This document shows, piece after piece, positions 22,701 through 34,500 of a stretch of DNA of 64,000 nt. A model generated the notes under the pieces. The model was not told the DNA's origin. It saw only the letters and a list, made by a program, of their open reading frames with translations, and made no database searches. Made by a program: the position numbers and the translations under genes. Positions within the stretch are counted from its first letter, which is position 1; each line of letters begins with the position of its first letter. The DNA lies in the NCBI GenBank assembly GCA_000165345.1, contig CM000429.1:544001-608000 (forward strand). Direction: 5' to 3'.

Positions 22701-24090
22701 TGATAGCAATAAAATTGAGAAGCTTCACGATGAAATCGAGTCTCCAGAACAAACAATAATGAGATCATTCCAAGGAAAAATTATTGTAATAGATGACTCC
22801 TTAGACGCTATTAAATACGATAATAGTGAAAAAAATTCTTCTGACGGATGTGAAGGGTTGATTGAAAAATCTGCAAATAACGAGTTACCTTTAACTTGGG
22901 AATCTGTATTTTTAGATTCACATGACCCGCTATTAATCATAAACCAATTACAATATCGTGATAGGATATATATGGGTATGTCTCCAACGAATTACATGGT
23001 TCTTCATAGGTCGTTGTATGAGAAATATTCATTTTTGAGATTGAACTATGAATCCGAGTATCTATTTCGCCTATTATGGCATTTTTCTCATTGCTGTATT
23101 TACCATGGAAATTTGCTGAATAGTTCTACTCTAAATAGAGATTTTGAAAGTTCCATTATTCACCCATTACAATGTATCTTGCTAATTATAGGTATTTTAA
23201 GAAGGTCATTGGAGAATCCAAATCATTCTGACTTGAAACAACTCAACTGGGAAAGAGACAATAGCGATGATCAATACTCAGGTTTTAATTCTTCATGTAT
23301 TAATTCAAGCACAAACAAAAAATTGAATGTAGTAGAAAGGATACTTGCAGTTTCTATTGAGTTACTTGAGAATGGAGTTTGCAATCAGATCGTAAATTAC
23401 CAAATGAATTGCAAATCTAATTATGACCCATTTATTCTTGGAAGCAATATTCAAGGTATTTTGGATTCAAAAAATAATGAATCTTTGAATTCTATTTTAC
23501 ATGAAAACGAATCAAACTTAGAGTCTAGTTCCAATTGCAAGAAAAATATTAATTCTACTCTTGAAAAAAATTATGAGGTAAATATAAATAAGGAAGAAAC
23601 AAAAATTTTAAACTGTAAGAATAATCTATCTAATGATTCTTCGTTATCTTCTTCACGTATATCGTCATTAGAATCTGTGATACAAAAAGTTTACGATTGC
23701 AAAATCAATAAAAATGAATTATCAAACACTGATAGAAAACAACCACGCAAAGTTGTTATTTATTCTTCAACAACTAAGTCAATACACAAAGATAATTTTT
23801 TTGGAGAAGAAACGGGAATTCTTAAAAGGATGGTTAAAAATAAGAAGCAGATGAAAGAAACGAGGATTGTTAACATAAACCAGCAATCCAAGAAATTTAA
23901 CACATTTTCTCCTACGTTAGTAGCTAATCAAAATTTAGATAGGCCCCAGAGCCAGAATATTTTGAGATCTATTGGATTAGAATCTACAAACGCATTTTGT
24001 GAAAGAAATCTCGAATCTTACAAGGGTGATAAGCTACAAAGCAAATTTAAGGTTTTTACCTCTTCTCCACTGAGAATATTTAAGAAGTAG
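19744..24090 (+). CDS. Alpha/beta-hydrolase domain (ABHD-like, GCSIG nucleophile elbow) fused to an extension of about 1150 aa of unknown function
   Basis: 1448-aa ORF. The N-terminal 250 aa run ILVIYAHANGVDIGE...ILWGCSIGTGPS...LWIHGKKDSLF, as in BEM46/ABHD12/13-type hydrolases. I recognised no domain in the remainder. Confidence 0.55.
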   Translation: MVIQKFVDVAMFPGTYSSYDITSYPETILIPGPIDADKKIPCFFFAPRSNSKILVIYAHANGVDIGEIHSRLHYVSERLKVNMLLFDYPGYGKYEGRSDESSVDQCMNILLNFATQELNWPIENIILWGCSIGTGPSTRQAKILNERKKKLGGLVLQCPYKSIKHAAESLAGKIGRFLISQRWNIQSEIMDCSCPVLWIHGKKDSLFNWHGSLEMYNNYHIHLRSCHFPKDANHHYFDIEVDIIQPIQKFINKFVLPNTLPIFDHGSIRNGKKVKLNINKVYSSKLNPFRPTILDVYLTRNTNVKVSKDNCLPGEKKSNDTSNNNIDDEGNHIRIIGPKDIKSILPFWGNNKKDTSSTIHSQKNMIYLEGDFAPKYIWLNGEAGEYIKHSQENISKTNSSSSIYLSSSGEDEFENNSDYDNGFYSDADSNQSDDYSNEEFKCYNKLVNSNIISSNNIFHKNIKQCISYNNINTNVYSIYNNAFEKSHKLNFRKRNVILNNPSVFRMECRNRMERLNFRSFIKNEELLLNFWPITNLYCYLFDQYYQFFQIILQKLKQGEFSFIKNGNDTFLSVIMWVRRLYYLYTPTLFMNSIYLYDPDSDKWVLEGITIGNIYIQLKNIDGVCGRLAVRLLDNYPISNSFPPPYYIIVPIYVPPKPFFQPIAEWIVRNIYRFHVYNLIKLNKSTKYRELLISQKYTNIDFFNDPMNQLETKCLLEELSFSSLQHFLLSNTRPKIEKLALITGFGNWIPFGWCEFFVKLFETNSKHYLQRLFLNHEKVNINSNDFINLLVPFYLPSFVNLEIMFRIIKTKIKTRDEWIDSMKTNSKNEFQENQINSLIHPDICNNIFSNLMIVINSSIKITDGLKIRSDTKNKHLDFQTNTQNSFLLQSNQLNWEEILRDFDSFSNFMSQINFITPDLFLPGISQTFRGRQRTENQKPSHEKTNELIHSTSDNVLETIPIFGNMGFDQINQSADTDEFNYEEIPEVDSNKIEKLHDEIESPEQTIMRSFQGKIIVIDDSLDAIKYDNSEKNSSDGCEGLIEKSANNELPLTWESVFLDSHDPLLIINQLQYRDRIYMGMSPTNYMVLHRSLYEKYSFLRLNYESEYLFRLLWHFSHCCIYHGNLLNSSTLNRDFESSIIHPLQCILLIIGILRRSLENPNHSDLKQLNWERDNSDDQYSGFNSSCINSSTNKKLNVVERILAVSIELLENGVCNQIVNYQMNCKSNYDPFILGSNIQGILDSKNNESLNSILHENESNLESSSNCKKNINSTLEKNYEVNINKEETKILNCKNNLSNDSSLSSSRISSLESVIQKVYDCKINKNELSNTDRKQPRKVVIYSSTTKSIHKDNFFGEETGILKRMVKNKKQMKETRIVNINQQSKKFNTFSPTLVANQNLDRPQSQNILRSIGLESTNAFCERNLESYKGDKLQSKFKVFTSSPLRIFKK

Positions 24091-24286
24091 ATCGCTTCTA
24101 CACTAACCTTAGACAAAATTATAAATTAATTTAGTATATCTCTTTAATTTTTTTTTTTTGATAAAATAACTTTTTTTCTAACAAAGCACTACCGCAGTTT
24201 ATTTTCATGTGGACAAGCATTTTAGATTGCTAAAAAAAAAAATTTCAAGGTTGTGTGAAGGTAGCATTTCCTATTCTTTCCTTCTT

Positions 24287-25030
24287 ATGAAGAGTTTATT
24301 CTCATTTGATTTTCTTGGAAAATGCAATTCTCGTTGTTTTAATATTTTATTGACAGGGCCTGCATCATCAGGTAGAACAACATTCCTACTCAGACATTTA
24401 AAAGGTAGGTATGTAGATTCAGCAACAACTGAAAACATTTATTCAGCTGTAATTGAAAGAGAAAATTGTGTACTGAATATTGTTGATAAGGACATTTTTT
24501 CCCAATCCGATAACTCTTATAATTGTACTTTAAAAATCAAAAATAGAAACGAGATTGATAAAAATGGATGCATTGTAAAAAAAAAAGGTAAAGATAAAAT
24601 GCAAATTATTGGTAAAGATACTATAAATGATGAAGATAATAGTAATATTGATGGAATTTTGTTTTTTATTGATTCAAGCGACCATGGTCGAATACCTCTT
24701 GCTAGGAGGCTGTTGATGCAATTATTAAAGAAAGCAAACAAACAAACTCCTATATTAATTATTGCAACAAGGCAAGATATAATCGGCGCATTAGCTCCTG
24801 GAGAATTAGCAGCAAAGCTAAAAATTGAGGATATCGCAAGTATGTTTGAAGACCAAGCCTGGGACTACGGCATTATTGGAGTCTCTGCATATACAGGGTT
24901 GGGCTGCAACGAAGCTTTAGACTGGATTTCGGAAGCCATTTGGAGACATCAGTTATTATGCCATTGCATTCCATTCAACCGTTTTTGTTATAATTTATGT
25001 AACTCTGGCATTTTAATGTTAAATTTTTGA
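24287..25030 (+). CDS. Arf-family small GTPase (possibly SRP-receptor beta-like) with atypical switch II
   Basis: The ORF-track start at 24209 is GTG. The first ATG at about 24287 gives MKSLFSFDFLGK...ILLTGPASSGRTTFL (Arf-type N-helix plus P-loop), FFIDSSD and IIATRQD (NKxD). No canonical DxxGQ is present. An insertion of about 50 aa sits between G1 and G3. Confidence 0.55.
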   Translation: MKSLFSFDFLGKCNSRCFNILLTGPASSGRTTFLLRHLKGRYVDSATTENIYSAVIERENCVLNIVDKDIFSQSDNSYNCTLKIKNRNEIDKNGCIVKKKGKDKMQIIGKDTINDEDNSNIDGILFFIDSSDHGRIPLARRLLMQLLKKANKQTPILIIATRQDIIGALAPGELAAKLKIEDIASMFEDQAWDYGIIGVSAYTGLGCNEALDWISEAIWRHQLLCHCIPFNRFCYNLCNSGILMLNF

Positions 25031-25049
25031 ACCAGCACTTACGAATTAT

Positions 25050-25820
25050 TCAATCTTCTAACCTCGTATTGTATCCTCCGCATGTTTGGCATTTAAGCCC
25101 GTAAGGGTGTGAATAGGTATTACATTTAATATTGCAATCATTACAAAATATATTTACAAGTTCCTTGGATTCCTCAGGTATTGGGGATTCGGCGATCATT
25201 TTATCTATTTCATTCCATATCTGAGAATTGTCTCCCAAGGACTTACTGCAAATTGGACAACGTAGGCTGGTTAGCCCCTTTGCTTCTCCTAGTAGAAGTA
25301 AACAATCCTCATGTATTGTGTGACCACAATTTAAAATTGACACAGTTTTTATTGAATAAAATAGATCTTCTAAGCATAAGGGGCATGGGCGTCTACATGA
25401 ATTCTCAATGCATTTGTGGGTTTCTTTAATGCTCAGTGGGTAGCACATGCAACAAACTTTGCAGTGAAAGTAAGATTCTTGACCACCCACTCTACAAATT
25501 CCGCATTCATCACAATGAAATACATTTTTTTCTATTCCATTGTCGTCCCAAAGGTTGCATTTACTACAAAAGTACTTGGCAAATTGAGTTACATCACATT
25601 TTTTACCAGATTTTTCGCCACACTCTGCGCTATTAATACAAGAGTTACTTGCTGGCTGACGCTTATTACATCTTCTACATACCACTTCTTTAATGCTAAA
25701 TCTATCAACCTCGTGATGGTCTTCTTGGCTCTCATTATGACAATGTCTACACCAATATTCATTATTACAGCATGGTGCAATAATTCTGCACCTAGATTTA
25801 TAGTGTTTACACCCGTCCAT
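25050..25820 (-). CDS. CHY zinc-finger / RING-H2 E3 ubiquitin ligase (Pirh2/RCHY1-like)
   Basis: 256 aa. A CHY finger (GCKHYKSRCRIIAPCCNNEYWCRHCHNE) is followed by a CTCHY zinc ribbon, a RING-H2 (CPLCLEDL...CGHTIHEDC...CPIC) and a terminal zinc ribbon. Confidence 0.8.
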   Translation of the reverse strand: MDGCKHYKSRCRIIAPCCNNEYWCRHCHNESQEDHHEVDRFSIKEVVCRRCNKRQPASNSCINSAECGEKSGKKCDVTQFAKYFCSKCNLWDDNGIEKNVFHCDECGICRVGGQESYFHCKVCCMCYPLSIKETHKCIENSCRRPCPLCLEDLFYSIKTVSILNCGHTIHEDCLLLLGEAKGLTSLRCPICSKSLGDNSQIWNEIDKMIAESPIPEESKELVNIFCNDCNIKCNTYSHPYGLKCQTCGGYNTRLED

Positions 25821-26076
25821 AGACCCGAGTTATTGGATTATTTATAATAACTATATAGTTATTATAAATATAAATATAAGTAATTATATAATTTTTCGGA
25901 TCAGTTTTTTTTTTAACCGCAAAAAATCAATTTATGGCGAAAATTACGCAAACAATCATTCCTAGTAGTTCTTGGCTTTTTTTGATTAAATTTATACATA
26001 TTCTGAATATTTATGGGTAGAATTATCTGTTGAATTGTTAATGAAATAAAGGGTTATTGCTTTTTGATATAAAAAA

Positions 26077-28338
26077 ATGTCAAATCAACAATATTCTCTT
26101 AATAATAATGTATTTCAAAACTTTCAAAGACAAATTTCTTCTCAAAATCAAAGTTCTTCTGAGCAAATATCATCTCAATCTTCAACTTACACTAATCAAA
26201 TGGTTAACAATAATATTAGTTTAATGAAAACGTTTGTGCCTCATACTCAAAATGGTGTTGAAAATGATGGTAGTATTACACAAGTTATTAAATACTTAAG
26301 AAAAAATGGGTATATTGAGACAATTGATACTTTGCTATTTGAAATGAATGAAAATGATAGAAAATTAAAAATTAATTCTCTTGAGAACGAGATGACTGAT
26401 TCTGAAGTTGAAAATTTAATTAATTTTACTAGGAAAATAGATAATATTGACACTCAAGTGATTTCGGATAAATATTCCAAGTTCAGAAATTGGATTCTGA
26501 ATTCGCTATCTTCTGTTCGAGAAGAACTCATTTCTGTTTGTTTTATTGTTTTTGTTAATATCTGCTATATCTTATACAAGAACTCATCTATTGAGAGATA
26601 TAGAAACTTCTTAAATAAGTTTTCAGATGATTTTTCGCTATCTAAATATAGAGAAGCTGTCACATTATTAAGAAATTCAAGTGATTTGGGTTATTTAAAA
26701 AATGCAGAATTGTTGAAACCATTTTTTGGATCGAAATTTCATATCATCCTAAACCGAACATCTATTTCATTATTGAATAACTTCTTATTGTCCCATTGTG
26801 ATACTCTAATTTTAGGAATTATGCAAGAGAAATTGGTTATTCATGCTTTTGATCACAAGACAAATAATAATGACGTTACGCTTACCAGCAGAAATGAAGA
26901 ATTGGGTTGTTTGAAGGAAGTTGGGAATTTTCAGATTGGCGAGCTTTATTCTGAAGACTCCTTATTCATTGAATTTAACTCAAAAAATAACCAAAAAAAC
27001 AATACTTATGGCGACATATCTGTAGTTGCAAAAGATGCATCAAAAGTACTTGAAACTGATATGTCAGGTAAAGGCTATTCCCAAAGTAATTCTATTATCA
27101 ACTGGGGGCTTCATCCTGAGAATTACAGTGGAATAATTTCCAAAGAAAATGAAATGAAAAAATCCAAATTTAATCGATTTGATGACGAAATTACAGAAGA
27201 AATTAAAAACGTTGAAATAGAATTCAATCCCATTAACGATTCAAACAACTCTTTTACGTTTAAATATAAAAAACATTTATATGAAGAAGTATCAAATCGA
27301 AAATTTGTTGATTCTACCCATCTTCCCTCTATAATTTGTAGCAGTTTGGAATGCTCAAATTGTAATGAAATAATTGACATGAATATTTCACATAACCATG
27401 AAGTTGGCGCATATTGTACCGATGATGGCTGTATACAAGTTTTTGATATAGAAAATCCGGAATCAAAGATTGAACCTATATGGATCCATAGAAATAGAGT
27501 ACAGTGTGTAAGGTTTCACCCATGGAATCCGGAGTTTTTATTATCTGCTGGAATCGACAGTATTATTAAACTTTCAATTATTACCAAAGATCAAGAACCC
27601 ACTTTATATCAACTAGTTACATTCTCTGGACATTCAACAAATTCTTGTATTTGGGATCTCAGCTGGGATGATCACGGGATTTCCTTTATTAGTGGCTCAA
27701 GCGACCAAAGTGCAAGATTATGGTGTACATCAAGGACTTATCCAATTCGTATATTTACAGGTCACTTTGGAGATGTTAGATCGGTGTCAATACATCCAAA
27801 CTCTTCTATTACTGTAACTGGTGGCAGCGATAATCAAATTATTATTTGGGATGTACGTACAGGAAAGAAGGAAGGCACAATTCATAACAGAAAAGTTATG
27901 TCAGGAATTATTAATCAGGTCAAATTCAGCCATAATGGATATTTGTTAGCTTCCTCTTCAATTAATAATCAAGCTACTCGCTTTTATTCTCAAAACCAGC
28001 TTATAGTACCAATTTGGGATATTCGTAAATTGTGCAATTCTAATAGAGCTACTGAATTTTATCAGCTTTGTCAATTCCCAAATGATACAATAGATTCAAA
28101 AAAACAAACGTTTGTTAAATCGCTTGATTTTTCATTTGGGAGCCGTGTCATTGCATCTGCAACTAATAGTGGTATAGTTTCTATCTGGGATACAAACGTA
28201 GAGACAAGTTTTAATCAAACGGACAATCCAAACTTAGTTAACAATTCTGCGCAGATTTATAAATTAAAGAACTCAAGTATAAAAAGCCTCAAATTCCTAT
28301 CTAGAAATTTACTATCAATATCGTCTGTAAAGTTATAG
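26077..28338 (+). CDS. TFIID subunit TAF5-like (LisH + NTD2 + WD40)
   Basis: 753 aa. It has a LisH-like SITQVIKYLRKNGYIETIDTLL. The NTD2-like block GSKFHIILNRTSISLLNNFLLSHCDTLILGIMQEKLVIHAFD matches TAF5 TSKFVLRISRDSYQLLKRHLQE...IVQEHLYIDIFD. C-terminal WD40 repeats follow. Confidence 0.65.
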   Translation: MSNQQYSLNNNVFQNFQRQISSQNQSSSEQISSQSSTYTNQMVNNNISLMKTFVPHTQNGVENDGSITQVIKYLRKNGYIETIDTLLFEMNENDRKLKINSLENEMTDSEVENLINFTRKIDNIDTQVISDKYSKFRNWILNSLSSVREELISVCFIVFVNICYILYKNSSIERYRNFLNKFSDDFSLSKYREAVTLLRNSSDLGYLKNAELLKPFFGSKFHIILNRTSISLLNNFLLSHCDTLILGIMQEKLVIHAFDHKTNNNDVTLTSRNEELGCLKEVGNFQIGELYSEDSLFIEFNSKNNQKNNTYGDISVVAKDASKVLETDMSGKGYSQSNSIINWGLHPENYSGIISKENEMKKSKFNRFDDEITEEIKNVEIEFNPINDSNNSFTFKYKKHLYEEVSNRKFVDSTHLPSIICSSLECSNCNEIIDMNISHNHEVGAYCTDDGCIQVFDIENPESKIEPIWIHRNRVQCVRFHPWNPEFLLSAGIDSIIKLSIITKDQEPTLYQLVTFSGHSTNSCIWDLSWDDHGISFISGSSDQSARLWCTSRTYPIRIFTGHFGDVRSVSIHPNSSITVTGGSDNQIIIWDVRTGKKEGTIHNRKVMSGIINQVKFSHNGYLLASSSINNQATRFYSQNQLIVPIWDIRKLCNSNRATEFYQLCQFPNDTIDSKKQTFVKSLDFSFGSRVIASATNSGIVSIWDTNVETSFNQTDNPNLVNNSAQIYKLKNSSIKSLKFLSRNLLSISSVKL

Positions 28339-28515
28339 AATCTTCACATAAATATTTATTTTCCTTTTTCCATTTTTATTTTCTCCGCATGAATTGATTT
28401 TTGACCTAATCAGACATTCTGCCGCAATAGAAATATATTATTGCAAAGAATGAAAATAAAATGACTATTATGATTATGCAAATCTTTTCAACGACTAAAA
28501 GTTAATTTTTTAATC

Positions 28516-31500
28516 ATGAAAATTTCTCTTTCCGGTTATAAAGTAATTAATTTGTTTGATCTTGAGCTTGATCGCTTGACAATAATCTCAAAAAATAAAT
28601 CGTTTCGAATATCGATTAAAAAGTTAAAAATATCTGTTTTCAATTGGTTTACATTTATCATTTTTGTTATTTATATTCTTTTAATAGGCTGCAGACATAT
28701 TGATTTATTTTTCAATTTTTTTTCCAAATTTACTGAGAAGAAAATTGCAAGTTTAAAACTAGATCAAGTAGAAATATATCATTTAAAGAAAGATGGATCT
28801 AGCGTACCAAATGTCAAAAGGTCAAATCTTATTAATTTTGTTTCTTCATATTTTGATTTTGAGCTTTTCAGTGTTTGTCTATTATCAGAATATAAACTAT
28901 TAGGAAAAACATTTTTATTTGGAACTAATATTGGATCTATTTACAAGAAAAATTATTCATTCAGGAAAACTAACATTTTTATACGAAGGATTTCTGTCAG
29001 ATTTAATGAATATTTTGATGATATTTCTACTTACGATATAATTGATTTAATTGGATTGAAAGCATATTTTTTCTCAATTTTAAAAGATCAAGAAACGATC
29101 CTAGCTTTTCCGGGTCTTTTAAACATTGATATGGTAAATTCAAATTATGAATCATTTATCACAATAATTGAGGATAATATTGAAAAGGTATACTCAGGTA
29201 TTTATTTATCAATCCCATTATTAAATTATGTCTTTTTCAACATTAAGTCGTTATTCATAAATAAAAATGGAAGTAGTTTAATTCATAACGTGTTTAATTG
29301 GAAGCTCAAGATTTTGATTAATTTTAAAAGAATATTTTTGGAGACATATGAAAGTAATAAATTATTTCTAACAATTAGTTCTATTGTATTCACTTTAGAA
29401 TATAATATGCACAACTTCTCGCTAGTAATTAAACTTTTGAATTGCTACTTATTAATCAACTTGGAAAACTCTATTCAAATTCTGGAATCTATAATTTATT
29501 TTGATGTTAAAGATAAAATAATAAGAGCGAATATGAAATATTTAAGATTATACTCAAAAGCGATACACTCTAATAGTCTCGACAACTTCATTGATGTAAT
29601 AGAGATTCCAGAAATGAATATATTTTCAACTAAGATCGAGCATTGTCCAGAAAACCTTTCGATTGTATTTTTTACTTGTATTGAATTAAATAGTGAGCTG
29701 CTGATCATTAAATTGACGGGCCTGGATGAAATCTTTTGCCAAAATGTTGAATTTAAAAATGAGATCTCAGATTTGCTTGAATTCTCAAATCAATATTTAT
29801 CAGTATCAGATAACGAAGAGAGTGTTTATACAATTTTCTATACTCTAGAGAGAATTGAAAATAAAAACTTGAATATTCAGATAAACTTTAATTTTAATTC
29901 AAATATTCAACTAATCTATAATATGAATAATATAGAACTAAACATTGAAAGAAGTCAAGCTAATTTAACATTCAACTCAAATGAGAAGTTTCTGAAGATT
30001 ACAGATTTTGAATTAGCCCAGTATAATTATTTATATGAAAATGTGTTTTCAATGAAAATAAAAACCATTTTGCTTAACTTTAAAACTAGTAACAAAAGTA
30101 TATTTTTGCAAGAAATAGTTTTTGAAAAAGAAAGTACAATATGCATTTTCTTAAAAGATATTTCAATATTTACAATAGAAAATTCATGCAATTTGAGTGC
30201 AAAAAATATAAAAATTTATTTATATTTAAATACTTCATTAAATTATAACTCAATATTTACTGTATTTGAAATTGAATACGTCAACTTTATTTTCCAAAAA
30301 ACGATTTATTGCTGGAAATCTATAGAAATATACAAGATAATTATTAAACAATGTTTTTCAAAAGATGAGCCATTATTTTACGAGCTAATAAGAATTGATG
30401 AAGATCCAGTTAAAATTCGTAATGAAAACTTGAGTAACAAATATCTAACAATTTGCATTCCAAAACTGTTATTAGCGGCAAGTAATTATCAGATAATGAA
30501 GCTGAGCAATTTGTTTTCAAATTTTAAGCAAAATTCACTCGTCAAAACTAGGATTAGTCAATTAAATTTGATTATAACATTAAATAATGCAAGTATACAT
30601 TATTACTTTCACACTGAAAATAAATGCACAACATTATTAGCTTATTTTGAGAATGGTAAAATCTTTTTATCAATTAATGATAAGTATGAAATTGACATCA
30701 GCTCAAAATTTAATCGAGTTGAAATAATGGCTGGTGAAGTTCATATTGGTAATGATAAAATAATTAAATTCCCACATTACAGTGAAACTTTGTATTCAAA
30801 ACTTCATAATAGAGACATATATTGCGATATTGTTTATTATGAAATTACGAAAAAGATCAAGACTAATCTACTAATTGATGAAGGCAAAATACAGAATTCT
30901 GGTTTTAAAGACAAAATTTTTCCAATTTTTATTAGTAGTATCGACATTTCTCATAACTTTCATATAAAGTTACGCAAAAATACAAAAATAAGAGTTCATT
31001 ACAACTTTAGTAAAGATTCTTTTCTTGTAAACTCAAATTTGGTCAATAATACGATGCTTATTTTAATAGATGTACATGATTATGTGAATTCCAATGAATT
31101 ATTTTATTCTATCAGCTCTGAAGATAATAAATACAAGCTTTCAACATTTTTGGAAAAGATAAATGATATTTGTTTGTTTGAAATTAGACTTCAATGCCTA
31201 AATATGTTATTAATAAAAGCCCAGCTCGAATCGAAATATTTAATTCTTAATTTGAATGGCATTTTGTTTTCTAACCTTAATTCTTTTGAATTATGTATTG
31301 AAAAGTTTAAGATATTTGTCAAATATCCCAGCAACAATTTCAGCGGAGAATATATAAATTTAATAATAAATAACAATCTAATTAAGGCAAATCTCAAGAT
31401 CCTAGATTCCAAAATGTTTTTTTTTGCTGAAAAACTTATTTTTAATTTAAAATTTCTAATTAGAGAATTCGAATGCAAAATTGAAGCAGTTCAACTCAAA

Positions 31501-34500
31501 GTTTCAAAAAATTTGATAGATGTGGTAGTAGGTATTGCGTTTGACTCGGAATTTAGCCATAAAGAAAATGAATTGTATTCAATTAAGTATTATCGGGGAA
31601 CAAACTCATTTCATTATTTATTCGATTTGAGGCAGTCTCAAGCATTTGTAAATAATCTAATGCTTTTATCAAATGAAGATGTATCAGTTGTTCCTTATTT
31701 TCATATTAACTGTTTAAGTAACGCAAAATTTAATATAAAAAATATTGAAGTACCACTATTTTATAACTCAGAATATTTGCTCGATTTAAATAACTCATTT
31801 TTTGACAAAATATATTCAAGTTATAATGAGCCTTTTTATTCTCGTTATTTCAATGATAACATTTATTCCATCAATTGTAGAATAGATTTAAATGTTTTTA
31901 ACTTGGATAATATCAGCAGCGAAATTCCATACTCCAAATTATGTGATTTTTCGGCAAGCAATGCCACTGTTGGATTAAAAATTTGCTTTTCCTCAAAAGT
32001 GTTCAAAGATTTGATTTTATTTTTTGGCACTAAAGTTCCAACTTGTTCTGATATATTTGAGAGAGCTATCAAAATAAGGAAAAATCAAAAAATTGAGATT
32101 CCATTTGATTTTATTGCTGATTTCCCAAACATGATGGTTTTCAAAGATACAAATTCCATAAATATAATGGAATTTGATTCGGTATTCTCTCAAAATAACT
32201 CAGTAAGTATTATTGACATAATAAAAAATTTGATAGAAAACCCTAAAGCATTTTATTTAGATTACAATTTAATTAATTCCAGTCTTTGTATTGGATTTGA
32301 GTGTATTAATTATCGTGGATCTTGCATTAATATAAATATTTTCAATATTATTAGCGTAATTAATATTTCAGGAGAGTCTCTGAGTTTTAGTTTTTGTAAT
32401 CCATATAACAACAAGCTAGAATACGAATGTATTGTGGAAAATTTGAATCAAGAATTTATTGACAACGTTGACACTAAAATAGATTCAGTTCTGTTAATTA
32501 ATGATCCAATGAAAATAACTCATCGATTTTATATCGAATTTAATAGAGTATCTCGAGCTGAAAATCATTGTTCAATTAAAGAAAATATCATCGAATTAAA
32601 TGAAACAAGATCTCAAACAAATAGTAAGAATTACAGATTATCACTGATTAAAGACAAAATTAGCTTTATTATTATTATTTGGTGCCCATTAATAATAATA
32701 AATTACTCAAACCTTGATTGCATTTTAAAGATTATTAATACAGAAAACCAAGAATACTATTTTCTGGAAGGAAAAATATCTAAAAGCAATTCATGGAATT
32801 CAATAAAAAAAAGAAATTTAAGTAATAAAAGCATTTTTTCACTTTCCAACATTGATCAAAAAGATTTTATTGAGTTAGAAATACAGTCGGGATGTTATGT
32901 TAGTACATTCTCACCATCAAGACAAAGAGAAAACGATATTTTAATAGAAGTAGAAGATTATAAGTATTTATTAAAAAGTAATTTTATTTTAAGTATACTA
33001 GAAAGACATTCAATTAAAATAAAGGTTGTAAAGCTAATGCCGATATGGTCCATTAGAAACAAATCTAACTTCAACATTAGAATTACATATGGAAAGCATG
33101 TTAATATCCCTATTAAATCAAACTCTGGATATCTAGATAATACTTATTTAGTTCGTAATACACATTTTAATTATGACATACAAGAACAAATAAAGATAGT
33201 TTTTGATGAATTTGTTAATTTCTTTTTAATAAACCTAACAAAACATGAACCTTATGAAAGGCTAATTAATTTATATCGTAATGATAAAAATCCAAATAAG
33301 GAATGGAAATTAATTAAAATATCTTTTTACCCAATACAAAACGGCTCTGTTACAAAATTTAATACTGGAATTTATATAGAACTTAATGATTTTAACGAGA
33401 ACGAATCATCTAATTATTTTGTTTTCGAAAATAAGACAAGTTTTACGTATTTGCTGACACAAGCAAATGGCCTACTAGACTTTAATAGCATAGACATAAA
33501 TATTCATAGAAAAGAAAACTTAACACAAAAAATTTGGGAAAACACTTTAATTGAGAAGCTTTCAAAAGTTTCTTTATACGATAATAAAATATTTAATAGT
33601 AAATTTTCAATTTGTTTAGTTCCAGAACAGATTAATAATCAGCTCTTTTTTTGGGCAAAAGAGAGTATTCAAGATAATAGTCCAATTACTGTTAGTTTTT
33701 ATGATGAAACAAATAACTTAAAGGTTACATTAGAACAAATTCCTGCATATTTGTTCATTAATGGAGGAACAAAGCTAATTAGATTCAGTAATTATGATTC
33801 TAATGGAAAAAATAATATATACCAATTTTTATTAAGTATATTTAAGTTTGGGAATGAAGTTACACATATAGTTTTCCATACATCTTCATTTATTCAAACA
33901 CATTATACAATTATTCCTTCATTTTTTATTCAAAGACAAATTGAATACCAATTGGTAGCTAGAGAAGAAATTGCAAACAATTATTTTTTAAATATAAGAA
34001 AATTTGAGTTAATTTTATTTAATGACATTGATTCAGATAAAGTATTAAAAGTAAAATGGACTTCAACTCCAACCAATTCGCCTAAAGAATCTCAGAAAAA
34101 TTTGTCTCTTTTTCCATCACCAAGAAAAAATGAATTGATCGACTTTTCCCCAGTTTTTCATATCCTTTTTGAACGTCTTTCAGTAAATATTCAGGAAGGA
34201 GCAAAGAAACTTGAGTTATTCGACTCAGCATATAAGATTTATTCAAATTTAAATAAAGTTTGCTGTAAAATTTCAAATTATGAGTCCACAATATTCGAGG
34301 TAAATAATCATAGAAGTGAAATAAATCAAAACCAAGTTACAATAATTTTTGATTGCTTTAAATTTAAAAAACGAGTGAATAATAAACCAAAATTTTCTGA
34401 GAAATACCAAATAAAGGATTTAATGATTCAAATACCATTTATGGATTTTAATCTAAACTTGAATATTTACTTCCGTAATTTTTTACATAATTTTGTTACT

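Noticed and set aside
25181-25847. Four plus-strand ORFs (82, 143, 66 aa and a 63-aa minus ORF) overlapping the Pirh2-like gene
   Set aside because: They are antisense or out of frame relative to a well-supported Zn-finger/RING CDS. The proteins are low-complexity with no motifs. They are typical shadow ORFs in AT-rich DNA.
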